A stretch of DNA of 45,893 nucleotides from an uncultured Bifidobacteriaceae bacterium. GTDB lineage: Bacteria; Verrucomicrobiota; Verrucomicrobiia; Limisphaerales; JADLHS01. Below the pieces are notes generated by a model. It ran no database searches. It saw only the letters and a list, made by a program, of their open reading frames with translations, and was not told where the DNA came from. How positions within the stretch are numbered: position 1 is the first letter of the stretch; every line of letters begins with the position of its first letter. Location of the stretch: assembly GCA_964574525.1 (NCBI GenBank), contig CAZNOE010000003.1:1-45893 (forward strand), read 5' to 3'. The position numbers and the translations under genes were made by a program. This document shows, in pieces, positions 35,343-43,700 of the stretch.

Positions 35343-35672
35343 ATGAAATTGAAAATCTGCCAGGAAAGCGTTGCCGCCGAAGAAAAACTGCCGCCAAAAT
35401 TCGCCGACCGGTCCCGCATCGGCGTTCATTACGTTGATGCCTACATCAAGCCGATGAACGTGACGCTCGCGGATGGCACCAAAGTCAGTTGCAAGCGCCG
35501 CGGGCTGAAGCTGACGCTGACCGTCGGCGACAAAAAGGGCGAAGGCCTGATGCGCCGGCTCGAGGTCAGTCCCGATCCGAAAGTGATGCTGCGCGCCGCG
35601 CTCCATGAAGCCGCCAAAGGAGCCGGGCTTAAATTCGAGGTCGAGGACGGGGATGTCTATCTGGAGGCGTGA
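35343..35672 (+). CDS. Hypothetical 109-aa protein, last gene of the corrinoid operon
   Basis: ATG at 35343 lies 16 nt after the upstream stop. The sequence is Lys/Glu-rich and soluble-looking with no recognisable motif. It is called coding mainly from operon position and an unbroken frame. Confidence 0.45.
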   Translation: MKLKICQESVAAEEKLPPKFADRSRIGVHYVDAYIKPMNVTLADGTKVSCKRRGLKLTLTVGDKKGEGLMRRLEVSPDPKVMLRAALHEAAKGAGLKFEVEDGDVYLEA

Positions 35673-35827
35673 CCTCGACCGGGGATTTCGGCGGACGCCT
35701 ACACGTCACATGCGCGCATCAGCGTTTCCTGCACCAGCTGGTCAGCGTCCGTGCCGACTGAGGTCTGCTTTTCCCCACGAACGGCGGTGGCGTTGAGCAA
35801 TCAATCGTCCACGCTCGTCCAGTTTGG

Positions 35828-36769
35828 TTATGACAATGCCTCCCGGCTCGCCACCGTTACGAACGGGACCGGCAACGAACCGAACCGCACGGGATCCGTT
35901 CCAAAGAACCGGTAAACGACCCCGTCCTGATCGTAATTAGAGCCAAAGCGGTAATACGGCACGCCGATCCATGGCGTCATGACCTGCTGGAAGCCCCAGA
36001 CGAACCCGTAGTCATCCTCGAGGTTCGTCCCGTCAATCTCGTGAGCATCAGCGGTCCCGTTGTCGATATACCACCGCTCGCCGCCGGTGTGGTAAATGAG
36101 ATCGCTGGAGTCGCGTTGCCGGATGCCCCGAGTGATGCCGGCCAGAAAGCCCCGGCCGGCGATGTTCGCCAAGGTGTAGGTTCCCTTGGCTTGCGCCGGC
36201 TTGGCCTCACTGTAAGCCGCGTGCAACCGGTAGGGCGACACGTTGGTCTCCGCCGCGTACTGCTGCCAGTCCACCATGCAGGCGCCGGCAATGGGCCCGT
36301 TGGTTGCCTCGATGGTGATACGGCACGACGTCCGGAACGGCATTGGGAGATAGCAATTGTAACCCGCGCCAAGCGAATTCGTCAGGTGCTCGAAAGGGGC
36401 ACTGTCCAGGCGGTACGGGTCCAGGCCGAGGAGGACACCGAAGAATTTCTGCATGCTCATCGCGACGCGCGGCGTGGCCGCGTCATCGGCATAGATGCGC
36501 AGCACGGGGCTCGCGGTTTTCGGGTCGGGCTTGAGCCAGAGGTGACGCACGCAGCCCGGACCTTGCGCGTTGAAGAGGTCCAGGCTCTGGCTCGGGGCAA
36601 GGTTGAACGTGGTGGTGTTGCGTTGCGCCTTGAACTGTGCGGGGAGCTGGATCAGCGCAAAATTCGGGTCCTGGAATGTCGTCGGTTCGGCCGCCGACAA
36701 GTTGCCCAGGGCGGCAACCAACAGCAACGCGAGTGCGTGCGGCACATGGTTAACACGTTTCATAATCAT
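35828..36769 (-). CDS. DUF2961 / GH172-family glycoside hydrolase (short form), secreted
   Basis: ATG at 36767-36769 with a signal peptide ending ...ALGNLSAAEP. GPGCVRHLWL, YNCYLPMPF, VDWQQY, GRGFLAGI and EDDYGFVWGF follow the DUF2961 jelly-roll pattern. It is a paralogue of 39167..40702. Confidence 0.75.
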   Translation of the reverse strand: MIMKRVNHVPHALALLLVAALGNLSAAEPTTFQDPNFALIQLPAQFKAQRNTTTFNLAPSQSLDLFNAQGPGCVRHLWLKPDPKTASPVLRIYADDAATPRVAMSMQKFFGVLLGLDPYRLDSAPFEHLTNSLGAGYNCYLPMPFRTSCRITIEATNGPIAGACMVDWQQYAAETNVSPYRLHAAYSEAKPAQAKGTYTLANIAGRGFLAGITRGIRQRDSSDLIYHTGGERWYIDNGTADAHEIDGTNLEDDYGFVWGFQQVMTPWIGVPYYRFGSNYDQDGVVYRFFGTDPVRFGSLPVPFVTVASREALS

Positions 36770-36842
36770 CGACTGTCAATGTCCGCATCCGGAATACGGA
36801 ACGGCTCGGCCAACGCAAAGGCTCCCATAAGCCGGGGCTCCT

Positions 36843-36886
36843 GGCAATCCGACCCTGCGCAGCAAACATCCGGGTTTGCGCAAAAG
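36843..36886 (-). promoter_or_regulatory. Conserved 44-nt intergenic element, copy A (contains the palindrome TTTGCGCAAA), upstream of the short GH172 gene
   Basis: 38 of 44 positions are identical to 44409-44452, in blocks ggcaatccga / gcgcag / aaacatccg / gtttgcgcaaaag with fixed spacing. It lies 74-117 nt upstream of the ATG at 36769. Confidence 0.6.
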
Positions 36887-36970
36887 TCCGCCCCGGGTTC
36901 GACGGGTTACGCAGAGTCGCCAGCGCCTTCAATTCAAAGACAGAGGTACGAGGGCTAAACCGAGCCGCGA

Positions 36971-39109
36971 TTACGGCCTGCTCCACTCGTGAGCCTCTTC
37001 CCCAACCCCAATGACCGGGAAGGAGCTGATGCGCAAGCGGGCGGCCCCCATCGGGATCAACGTGATCGTCTCCTCCTTCTCGTTGGACTTGACCGGGCTG
37101 TCCTGCAGCACCGCGCACAGGCCATACTGGTCCAGCGTCCATTGCGGAATGGTCCGGGCCTGCATTTCAAGTTGGATCGGGGTGCCCTTTTGAGTCCAGG
37201 GCATGTCGTCGACCGGCCAGTCACGCTGATGCACCTTGAGGCGGGAATCTTCGGGTTTCTCCCGGTCGAGCACCAATCCGTAGTTCCAGGGTGTGGTGGG
37301 GTAAATCTCCGTTGCGGGCCACCTGTCGCTGCCGCCAAACCGCACGTAGTTCTCGCCGATCTTCAGCGAGTAAGTCAATGGCCCGCGGTCCACCGACACG
37401 CTGTGGTGATTCTTCTCCCAGACACGAAATCGAACCTTCATGGGCAGCGTCAGCTCCAGCTTGTCCCCGTTGTTCCACTTGCGCGTGATCACGATGAACT
37501 GGCGTGGCTTCGCCTCCACGGTCACCGGCTTGCCGTTGATTGCCACAGCGGGCCGCTCACACCAGCCGGGCACACGCAGGTAGAGCGGAAACGTGGCCGC
37601 CGCCTGGGCTTGAATCGTGAGCGTCACTTTCTCATCGAATGGATAATGAGTAGCCTGGTCGAGGGTGACCGTCTTCCCGTCGGCCACCTTCGCGGTGACG
37701 GTGCAATCGTTATAGAACATGGCGGCCAGTCCGTTGTCCGGCGTGGCGTACCAGAGGTGCTCGGCGAAATAGGGCCAGCCCTGCCCACAGTTATGCTGGC
37801 AGCAACGGTGGCTCCAGGGGTTCATGTCGAACTTCGACCCAACGTTGTTGATACCTGGATTGTGATTCTGCCTATCGGAAACAACCTGGTTGGGGGCCGT
37901 CAGGTAGCGCACGCCCGTGAAGTCGGCCGTGAGCGCCGCGGGCAGCATGTTGTACGCCGCGTCCTCGCAGCCGTCGGCCCAGAGCAAGTCGCCGGTGATG
38001 GCGATCAGCTTTTCGTCGGAATGCATCTTCTCCACGATGCCGCAGGTTTCGATACATTGCCGCGGATCGTCGTAGCCCTTCCGGCAGCCCTCGTCTCCGC
38101 CGAACATCCCGCCGGGCACCTGGCCGTAAGTATCGCGCACCTTCTCCCAGTTGCGGTAGGCCGATTGCAGATCCTTGGGCTCATGCGATTGGAGCCACCA
38201 CGTGGCACCCTCGCCGAAGCACTGGGAGATGTTCACGTTGTGCCAATCGTAGATGATATCCTCATCCCAACGCGCGGTGCGCCGGTGGTTCTTTTCGGCC
38301 AGCTCGAGCAGCCACTTGTCGCCAGTGCGGTTGTAGAGCCAATAGATGCTGGAGAGGTTGTCCCCGCCGCGCATCTTCGGCCACCAGCCGAGCAGGTACT
38401 TGTCCTCGAGCACGCCGTGCAGGTACTTGAAGTATCGGGTCATCAACTCGATGACGCGCTTGTCACCGGTAGCGCTGTAGTAGTCTTGCAGGCAGCAGAG
38501 CATGATCATGTTAGGCCACAGGTCATCGCGACCCGCCACGTCCGACTCGATGCCCTTGCGCCCCTCGTCCGGGCCAAACCACCCATCCGGCTTCTGGCTG
38601 GCTATCGCCCCATCGATCCACACCTTCGCTTCGGAGATCATCTTCTCATCGCCAAGCACGTAGGCGCAGTTCAGATAGCCCTTGAGCCAGTATGGCGATT
38701 CTTCCCAGCCGTGGTCGCCCCGGCCCTGCGGATCGAGCCACGAGTTGCCTTCCTTCTTGAGATACCCGCTGATCTCGCCGAGGTGGCCGTGAAAACCGTC
38801 GGCCTGCAACCGGAGCTGCTTGCGCAGCCAGCCGCGCGGCCGGATCGAACCCACTGGCAGTTTCAGCAAAGCGTCGGGCTGCAGCGGTGCGCGGTTGCCG
38901 ACGTAGTGGTCATTGTGCTCCCCCGTCGGCGGCCGGTCCACGACTGTCGCTGGTCCCCTCCGCTCCTTCTCTTCCACACCGTAGGCGGGGCACAGGGTCG
39001 CCGTGGCCATACTCCAAACCGCCGCCACCCATGCCATCTGGCGCAGCCCTTTCGCTGCCGCTCCGCACCGGTCGCGGAACCTGGCCATCAGCTTGTTGTC
39101 CCGCCTCAT
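36971..39109 (-). CDS. GH127-family (DUF1680, HypBA1-like) beta-L-arabinofuranosidase-type glycoside hydrolase
   Basis: ATG at 39107-39109; the start and signal region are uncertain. CIETCG and HRCCQHNCG match the Glu/Cys3 zinc site and Cys-nucleophile region of GH127. An (alpha/alpha)6-like N-terminal half is followed by beta-sandwich tails. Confidence 0.85.
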   Translation of the reverse strand: MRRDNKLMARFRDRCGAAAKGLRQMAWVAAVWSMATATLCPAYGVEEKERRGPATVVDRPPTGEHNDHYVGNRAPLQPDALLKLPVGSIRPRGWLRKQLRLQADGFHGHLGEISGYLKKEGNSWLDPQGRGDHGWEESPYWLKGYLNCAYVLGDEKMISEAKVWIDGAIASQKPDGWFGPDEGRKGIESDVAGRDDLWPNMIMLCCLQDYYSATGDKRVIELMTRYFKYLHGVLEDKYLLGWWPKMRGGDNLSSIYWLYNRTGDKWLLELAEKNHRRTARWDEDIIYDWHNVNISQCFGEGATWWLQSHEPKDLQSAYRNWEKVRDTYGQVPGGMFGGDEGCRKGYDDPRQCIETCGIVEKMHSDEKLIAITGDLLWADGCEDAAYNMLPAALTADFTGVRYLTAPNQVVSDRQNHNPGINNVGSKFDMNPWSHRCCQHNCGQGWPYFAEHLWYATPDNGLAAMFYNDCTVTAKVADGKTVTLDQATHYPFDEKVTLTIQAQAAATFPLYLRVPGWCERPAVAINGKPVTVEAKPRQFIVITRKWNNGDKLELTLPMKVRFRVWEKNHHSVSVDRGPLTYSLKIGENYVRFGGSDRWPATEIYPTTPWNYGLVLDREKPEDSRLKVHQRDWPVDDMPWTQKGTPIQLEMQARTIPQWTLDQYGLCAVLQDSPVKSNEKEETITLIPMGAARLRISSFPVIGVGEEAHEWSRP

Positions 39110-39166
39110 TCGCTATTCACTTTTCCTGGTTTGTGAATCAATGCCCTTCGCGCAGGAACGCCGCCT

Positions 39167-40702
39167 TTACTCGACCACGCAATTGATCGCCCAGATCAGC
39201 GCATCGCGGTTCTTCTGGTTGTTCGTCTTGATGACCAGCGGGTTCGCGCCCTTTTTCAGAGTGATGGGAATGCTTGCCGTCTTGAACTCGGCGGCGTGGT
39301 CGAGGGTGGCGATCTTTTGGCCGTTCAGGTAAATGATGGCCCAGTTGTCCAGGCCGAGTCGTAGGGAGGCGGTTCGGTCGGTTTCACTTTGAAGAGTGCT
39401 GCGGAGGTAGGCGGAGTGGGCATCCATCGGAACGCCGGGGCGCTGGACGTAGGTGTTGTCGAGACGGACCCAGCCATACTGGCTCTTGAATGTGCGGACT
39501 TCATAGTCTGTGCCGCCGTAGCCGAGCTTATCCGGCAGGGACGCTGCGGATAGCTGCTTCACGAGGTCATCAGCAGGCGCCTGAAAGACATCGAATTGAT
39601 GGCCGTCGCGGAACAAACCGATGGCTTGCCATTCCCCGGGGCTGGTTACTTGCGGAGCCCTCGAGCCGGGAACCTTGTAGAAATAGGAAACCGCCTCGTA
39701 GTCATCGTGCCGGCTATTGGAGGTGAAGAGCAGTGACGAGCGGAACAGGATCGGGTCCGGGCCGAAGAATCGGTAGTAAACGCCGTCCTGATCATTCGGG
39801 CTGCGGTTCACCTGATAGGGACAGCCGGCCCAGCGGGTCTGATAGTCATTGAAGCCCCACGAGAAGCCAAAGTCATCCTCCACGTTCCACCCGCAGATCA
39901 TATGCGGGTCAGTCTGGCCATCTATCAGCAGGCGCACGCCGCTGTTGTGGAACACCATGTCGCTATGGTCCTGCTGCCGCCAGCCCATGATGTAACCAGC
40001 CAGAAAGCCGGTTCCCTCGGTCGTTGCGATGGGGAACGGTGCAGCCGGTGGTGCGGGCAGCGCGATATTCCGCTGCGCATGAAACCGCAGCGGCGTCAGT
40101 TCCACAGGCCCCCGATACTGCTGCCAATCCACCGTCCCGGCACCACGTCTTTCATTTTCACTGTAGATCGTGATCCGGCAGCTTTTGGAAAAGGGAATCG
40201 GCAGATAGGAGTTCCAGCCGGGTGACGCCTTCTGCGAAATGTTTGCGTTGTTCTTTACCGTGAAGTTCGGAAACGTCGCCAGGCCCGCGCTGTCGATGTG
40301 ATAGTCCGGAAAGCCCAGCAGCACGCCGAAAAACGAGCGGAAAGGCATGCGGACTTGCGGCTCAGCGGTATCGTCCACGAGGATTTCGATATCCATGCCC
40401 GCCAAGTCATACTGCTGGCCAAAGACGAACCAGAGATGCCGCACACAGCCTGCGCCTTGCACATTGAAAACTTCGACGGGATGTCCCTTCGTTGCCGTAA
40501 TATCCGAATTGGTCCGCCGGGCGCGAAAGTTCGTCGGCAGTTGCAGCAGCGGCACCGCCGGATCGGCGAAAGTCGCCGGGAACGGTTCGACCGCCACTCC
40601 CGGGCCGGCATTCTGGGCGGGTGCCCGATGCACGAGAATCCAAAGGGACGCCACGATTACTCCCGTCAACATGAAGCATTGTTTCCAAGTTCTCTTCATC
40701 AT
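39167..40702 (-). CDS. DUF2961 / GH172-family glycoside hydrolase (long form) with an extra C-terminal beta-sandwich domain
   Basis: Signal peptide MMKRTWKQCFMLTGVIVASLWILVHRAPAQ. GAGCVRHLWF, WNSYLPIPF, VDWQQY, GTGFLAGY and EDDFGFSWGF are present. About 150 extra aa end ...IYLNGQKI...LKKGANPLVIK. Confidence 0.8.
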   Translation of the reverse strand: MMKRTWKQCFMLTGVIVASLWILVHRAPAQNAGPGVAVEPFPATFADPAVPLLQLPTNFRARRTNSDITATKGHPVEVFNVQGAGCVRHLWFVFGQQYDLAGMDIEILVDDTAEPQVRMPFRSFFGVLLGFPDYHIDSAGLATFPNFTVKNNANISQKASPGWNSYLPIPFSKSCRITIYSENERRGAGTVDWQQYRGPVELTPLRFHAQRNIALPAPPAAPFPIATTEGTGFLAGYIMGWRQQDHSDMVFHNSGVRLLIDGQTDPHMICGWNVEDDFGFSWGFNDYQTRWAGCPYQVNRSPNDQDGVYYRFFGPDPILFRSSLLFTSNSRHDDYEAVSYFYKVPGSRAPQVTSPGEWQAIGLFRDGHQFDVFQAPADDLVKQLSAASLPDKLGYGGTDYEVRTFKSQYGWVRLDNTYVQRPGVPMDAHSAYLRSTLQSETDRTASLRLGLDNWAIIYLNGQKIATLDHAAEFKTASIPITLKKGANPLVIKTNNQKNRDALIWAINCVVE

Positions 40703-40727
40703 CTGATTCCTTTTGGTAAGTATTAGG

Positions 40728-43700
40728 CTATCGGTGAGCCACCCTGGTCCCGGCCGGGACGATCGACACGGCCTCGTCCGGTGGCAGCGAAAGCGTCAAC
40801 CTGCCGGTGGCCGCTTCGACGCCTTTCTTCATAGGAACGCACCCCTCCATGGTGACCCTGTAGGTATCCACTCCTTTGATGTCGCGCCAGTCCTCGGGCA
40901 GCAGCCAGGACTTGTTCTCATAACCTTCACGGCTATAGGCAATGATCTCCTTCTCCATCCGCCAGAGGGCGGGCACGAACAGGTTGTCGTTCTCGCGCAA
41001 CACGAAATCGCCTTTGCGGATGATGTTCTTGCCGTCTTCAGTCCGCGCCACGACTCCGTCGCTGTAATAGAGCGCCTCGTTCTCGAACTTCACCCGTTCG
41101 TGACGACTGAGGAAATACCACGGCAGGGTGGTGCGGCAGAACATCCCGAGAAACCCGGGCATCCGCTCCTTGTCTTCCTTCCAGATTTCCTCTCCGTGCA
41201 TGCTGGAACCGAAACGGAAGTCGCCGTCGCCGTCGCGACTGGTGCGGCCTCTCGCCCCCAGGCATTCCGGAATCGCCATCTGGTTCCATGAATACCACCA
41301 CGACATCGGCTGCAAGCCGACGAAGTGTTCTCCGGGCGGGTGGGCCCAACCGGTTCCCTCGCCGGTGACATCGAACCCGCGCTCGCGCCAGTAATGGAAG
41401 ATCTTGCGCTGGGTCTCCACCAGCCTCTCCGGACTGTATCCGCCGTTCTCGGGTTTGGCGTGCCACGGGCTGAGCGGCTTGGCTCCCTCGTCCTGGGCGA
41501 TGAAGACATCAACGTGGATGGTGTGCCCCTCCTTCAACTCGGGGATCATCGCGATGAGCTTGTCAATCCGCCGCTGGGCCAGTCCGGCCGCCCATTCGTT
41601 GGGATAGACCACCGTGTAAACCGGCTCTCCCTTGATCTGGCTGGTGCGGGAGTAGGGCTTGCCGTTTTCATCCTTGGAAATGCAATCCTTCGCCAGGTAT
41701 TCGTCCCACACCGGACTCTGCTCGTAGGCGTCCGTCATGTTGATATGCAGACTGACGGTTGTGTTGTATTTCCGGCCCTCGCGGATGAGCCAGCGCAGGC
41801 TGTCCAGTGCGGTGGCATCCTGAGGTCGTTTGAGTTTGGGGTTCACCTCGTCCCACGCCGGATAGCCGTGGTCGTGCCCACCCTTCTGCCAGCCGACGAG
41901 ATAGATGATCTTGGGAATCCCGCGCGTCAGGTTGTCGGTCTTCCGGATCACTTCGAGGGCTTGCTCCAAGGTGCACATGACGCGGTCTTCCGTCCGGAAC
42001 TCGGGCAGGTTCAACTTGGCCAGGCGCTCGACGGGCTCCCCCTCCATGCCCAGGAAAAGCTTCATCACCAGATTCTGGTGATATTCCCGGTAGAACGGCC
42101 TCACCACCACCTCCGTGGCGGCAACAAGTCGCTTGCCCGGCAGACGGATGGCCGCTTCAATCGTCGCGAGCCCTCCTTCGCGAGCAACCACCCGGTCGCC
42201 TTCGATCGCGACCACCTGCACACCGCCGCTGGCATCCATGGTCCGAGCTTCGAGCACCGCTTGGGAATGCTTGAGGACGCGTCGGGAGCCGTCCGCGTAG
42301 ATGCCGGTGAGTGTGAGCTTCCCATGGACCTTCGGCTCCAGCACGGGGTTGAGCACCTTCGGCGAAACCGAGATTTCGATCCGCTCCAACTCTTGCAGTC
42401 CCGTCGCCGACGGTGGCAGGGGCGCTGTGATCACCTTGGCCTCGACCACAGGCAGCCATTTGAAAACTGCCGCTTCTTCAACTGTCGCAATGCCAGGTGG
42501 CATCACTTCAAACTCGGCGACACAATACTCGCGGTCGCCGCGCAGGCGGTCGGCGTTGTCAAACTGCACGCGTTCCCCACCGGACGAGAACATGCCCACC
42601 CACACTTCGTACTTACCCGGCTGCGCGTCCGCCGGCACCGCTATGGGGAACGGTCCTTCGCGGACGAATGCGCCCTCCGGCCATTCACTGGTCGGCAGGT
42701 CCGGTTCAAAATCCGCGCCGATGTGGCGCCCGTCGGGGCGGACAACGTGGACGAAGGTCTGCAGATCTTGCGCCGCGGGGCCACTGCTGTGGAAGGTGTA
42801 GGTGGCTTGCACGGTATCACCGGCGGACACCCGGCTTCGGTCCAGCGTCACCTGCGCAACTGCCGGCTTGAAACCGGCTCCCGCCATCTTCACGTCCACC
42901 GGCGGAATGTCGAGCGCCTTGCCATCCACCGTAAGCTCAATCACGCTGGCAATGTCACGGCGGCCCTCCTTGGGCACCGTGATGGAGATTCCTTCATCCG
43001 ACTGATCCAGCTTTAGCTCGCCGCCGCTTAATAGAGTGGAACTTCTGACTTTCACCGGCAGCGGCGGCAGCTTCAGCGCGCCCTTCTTCGGCCATTGCAT
43101 GACGAAGATAAATATCCGGTTGTCCTTGCAGGTCGAGACACCCCAGTGACCAGGCTTGAACGGCCCGCCCCGGGTGCCATAGATACCTCTGCCGTACATC
43201 TTCAGCCAGGCGCCCATTTCCTTCAGCTCTTCCACCTGCCGGGGTTCGATGCGCCCGTCGGCCATGGGCCCTATGTTCAAGAGCAGATTTCCGTCGCCGC
43301 CCACCGTGTGCAGCAGCATCTGGAGGCACTGCTTGACCGATTTCAATTGGTCGTTTGGTTTCCAGGACCACTGGGTGCCGATGGTGATGCAGGATTCCCA
43401 GGGGCGTTCCCGCTCAAAGTCACCGATGAACTGCTCGGGGGTGCTGTAGTCGCCCACCGTCCGCTGCAGGGTTAGTTCGCGCCCGCCCGGCGCGCCGTCC
43501 GAATACAGGCGGTTGTTGATCAAAATATTCGGCTGCAGCGCGCGCAGGCCTAGCATCACCGGAAAACCTTGCGCCTTCTTGATGTAATCCGAGCCATCAA
43601 ACCACATCGTCAGCAGCGGTCCGTAGTTCGTAACCAACTCCTCGAGCTGATTCCGCATATAAACCATGTAGCGTTCATGGTTGGCATTCGGCTTTGCGTC

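Noticed and set aside
35703-35760. 10-bp palindrome ACCAGCTGGT and flanking CAGCGT direct repeats in the convergent gap after the corrinoid operon, considered as a bidirectional terminator.
   Set aside because: There is no loop and no U/A tracts on either side. It does not resemble an intrinsic terminator, and I could not support any function.
36989-39136. 715-aa plus-strand ORF opposite the GH127 gene. Other long plus-strand ORFs lie at 41325..43016, 43569..44156, 20830..22467, 23572..24678, 7017..8597, 12545..13966 and 5826..6920.
   Set aside because: All are antisense to ORFs with strong family signatures. Their translations are Arg/Pro/Gly-rich without recognisable domains, so I treat them as non-coding shadow frames.
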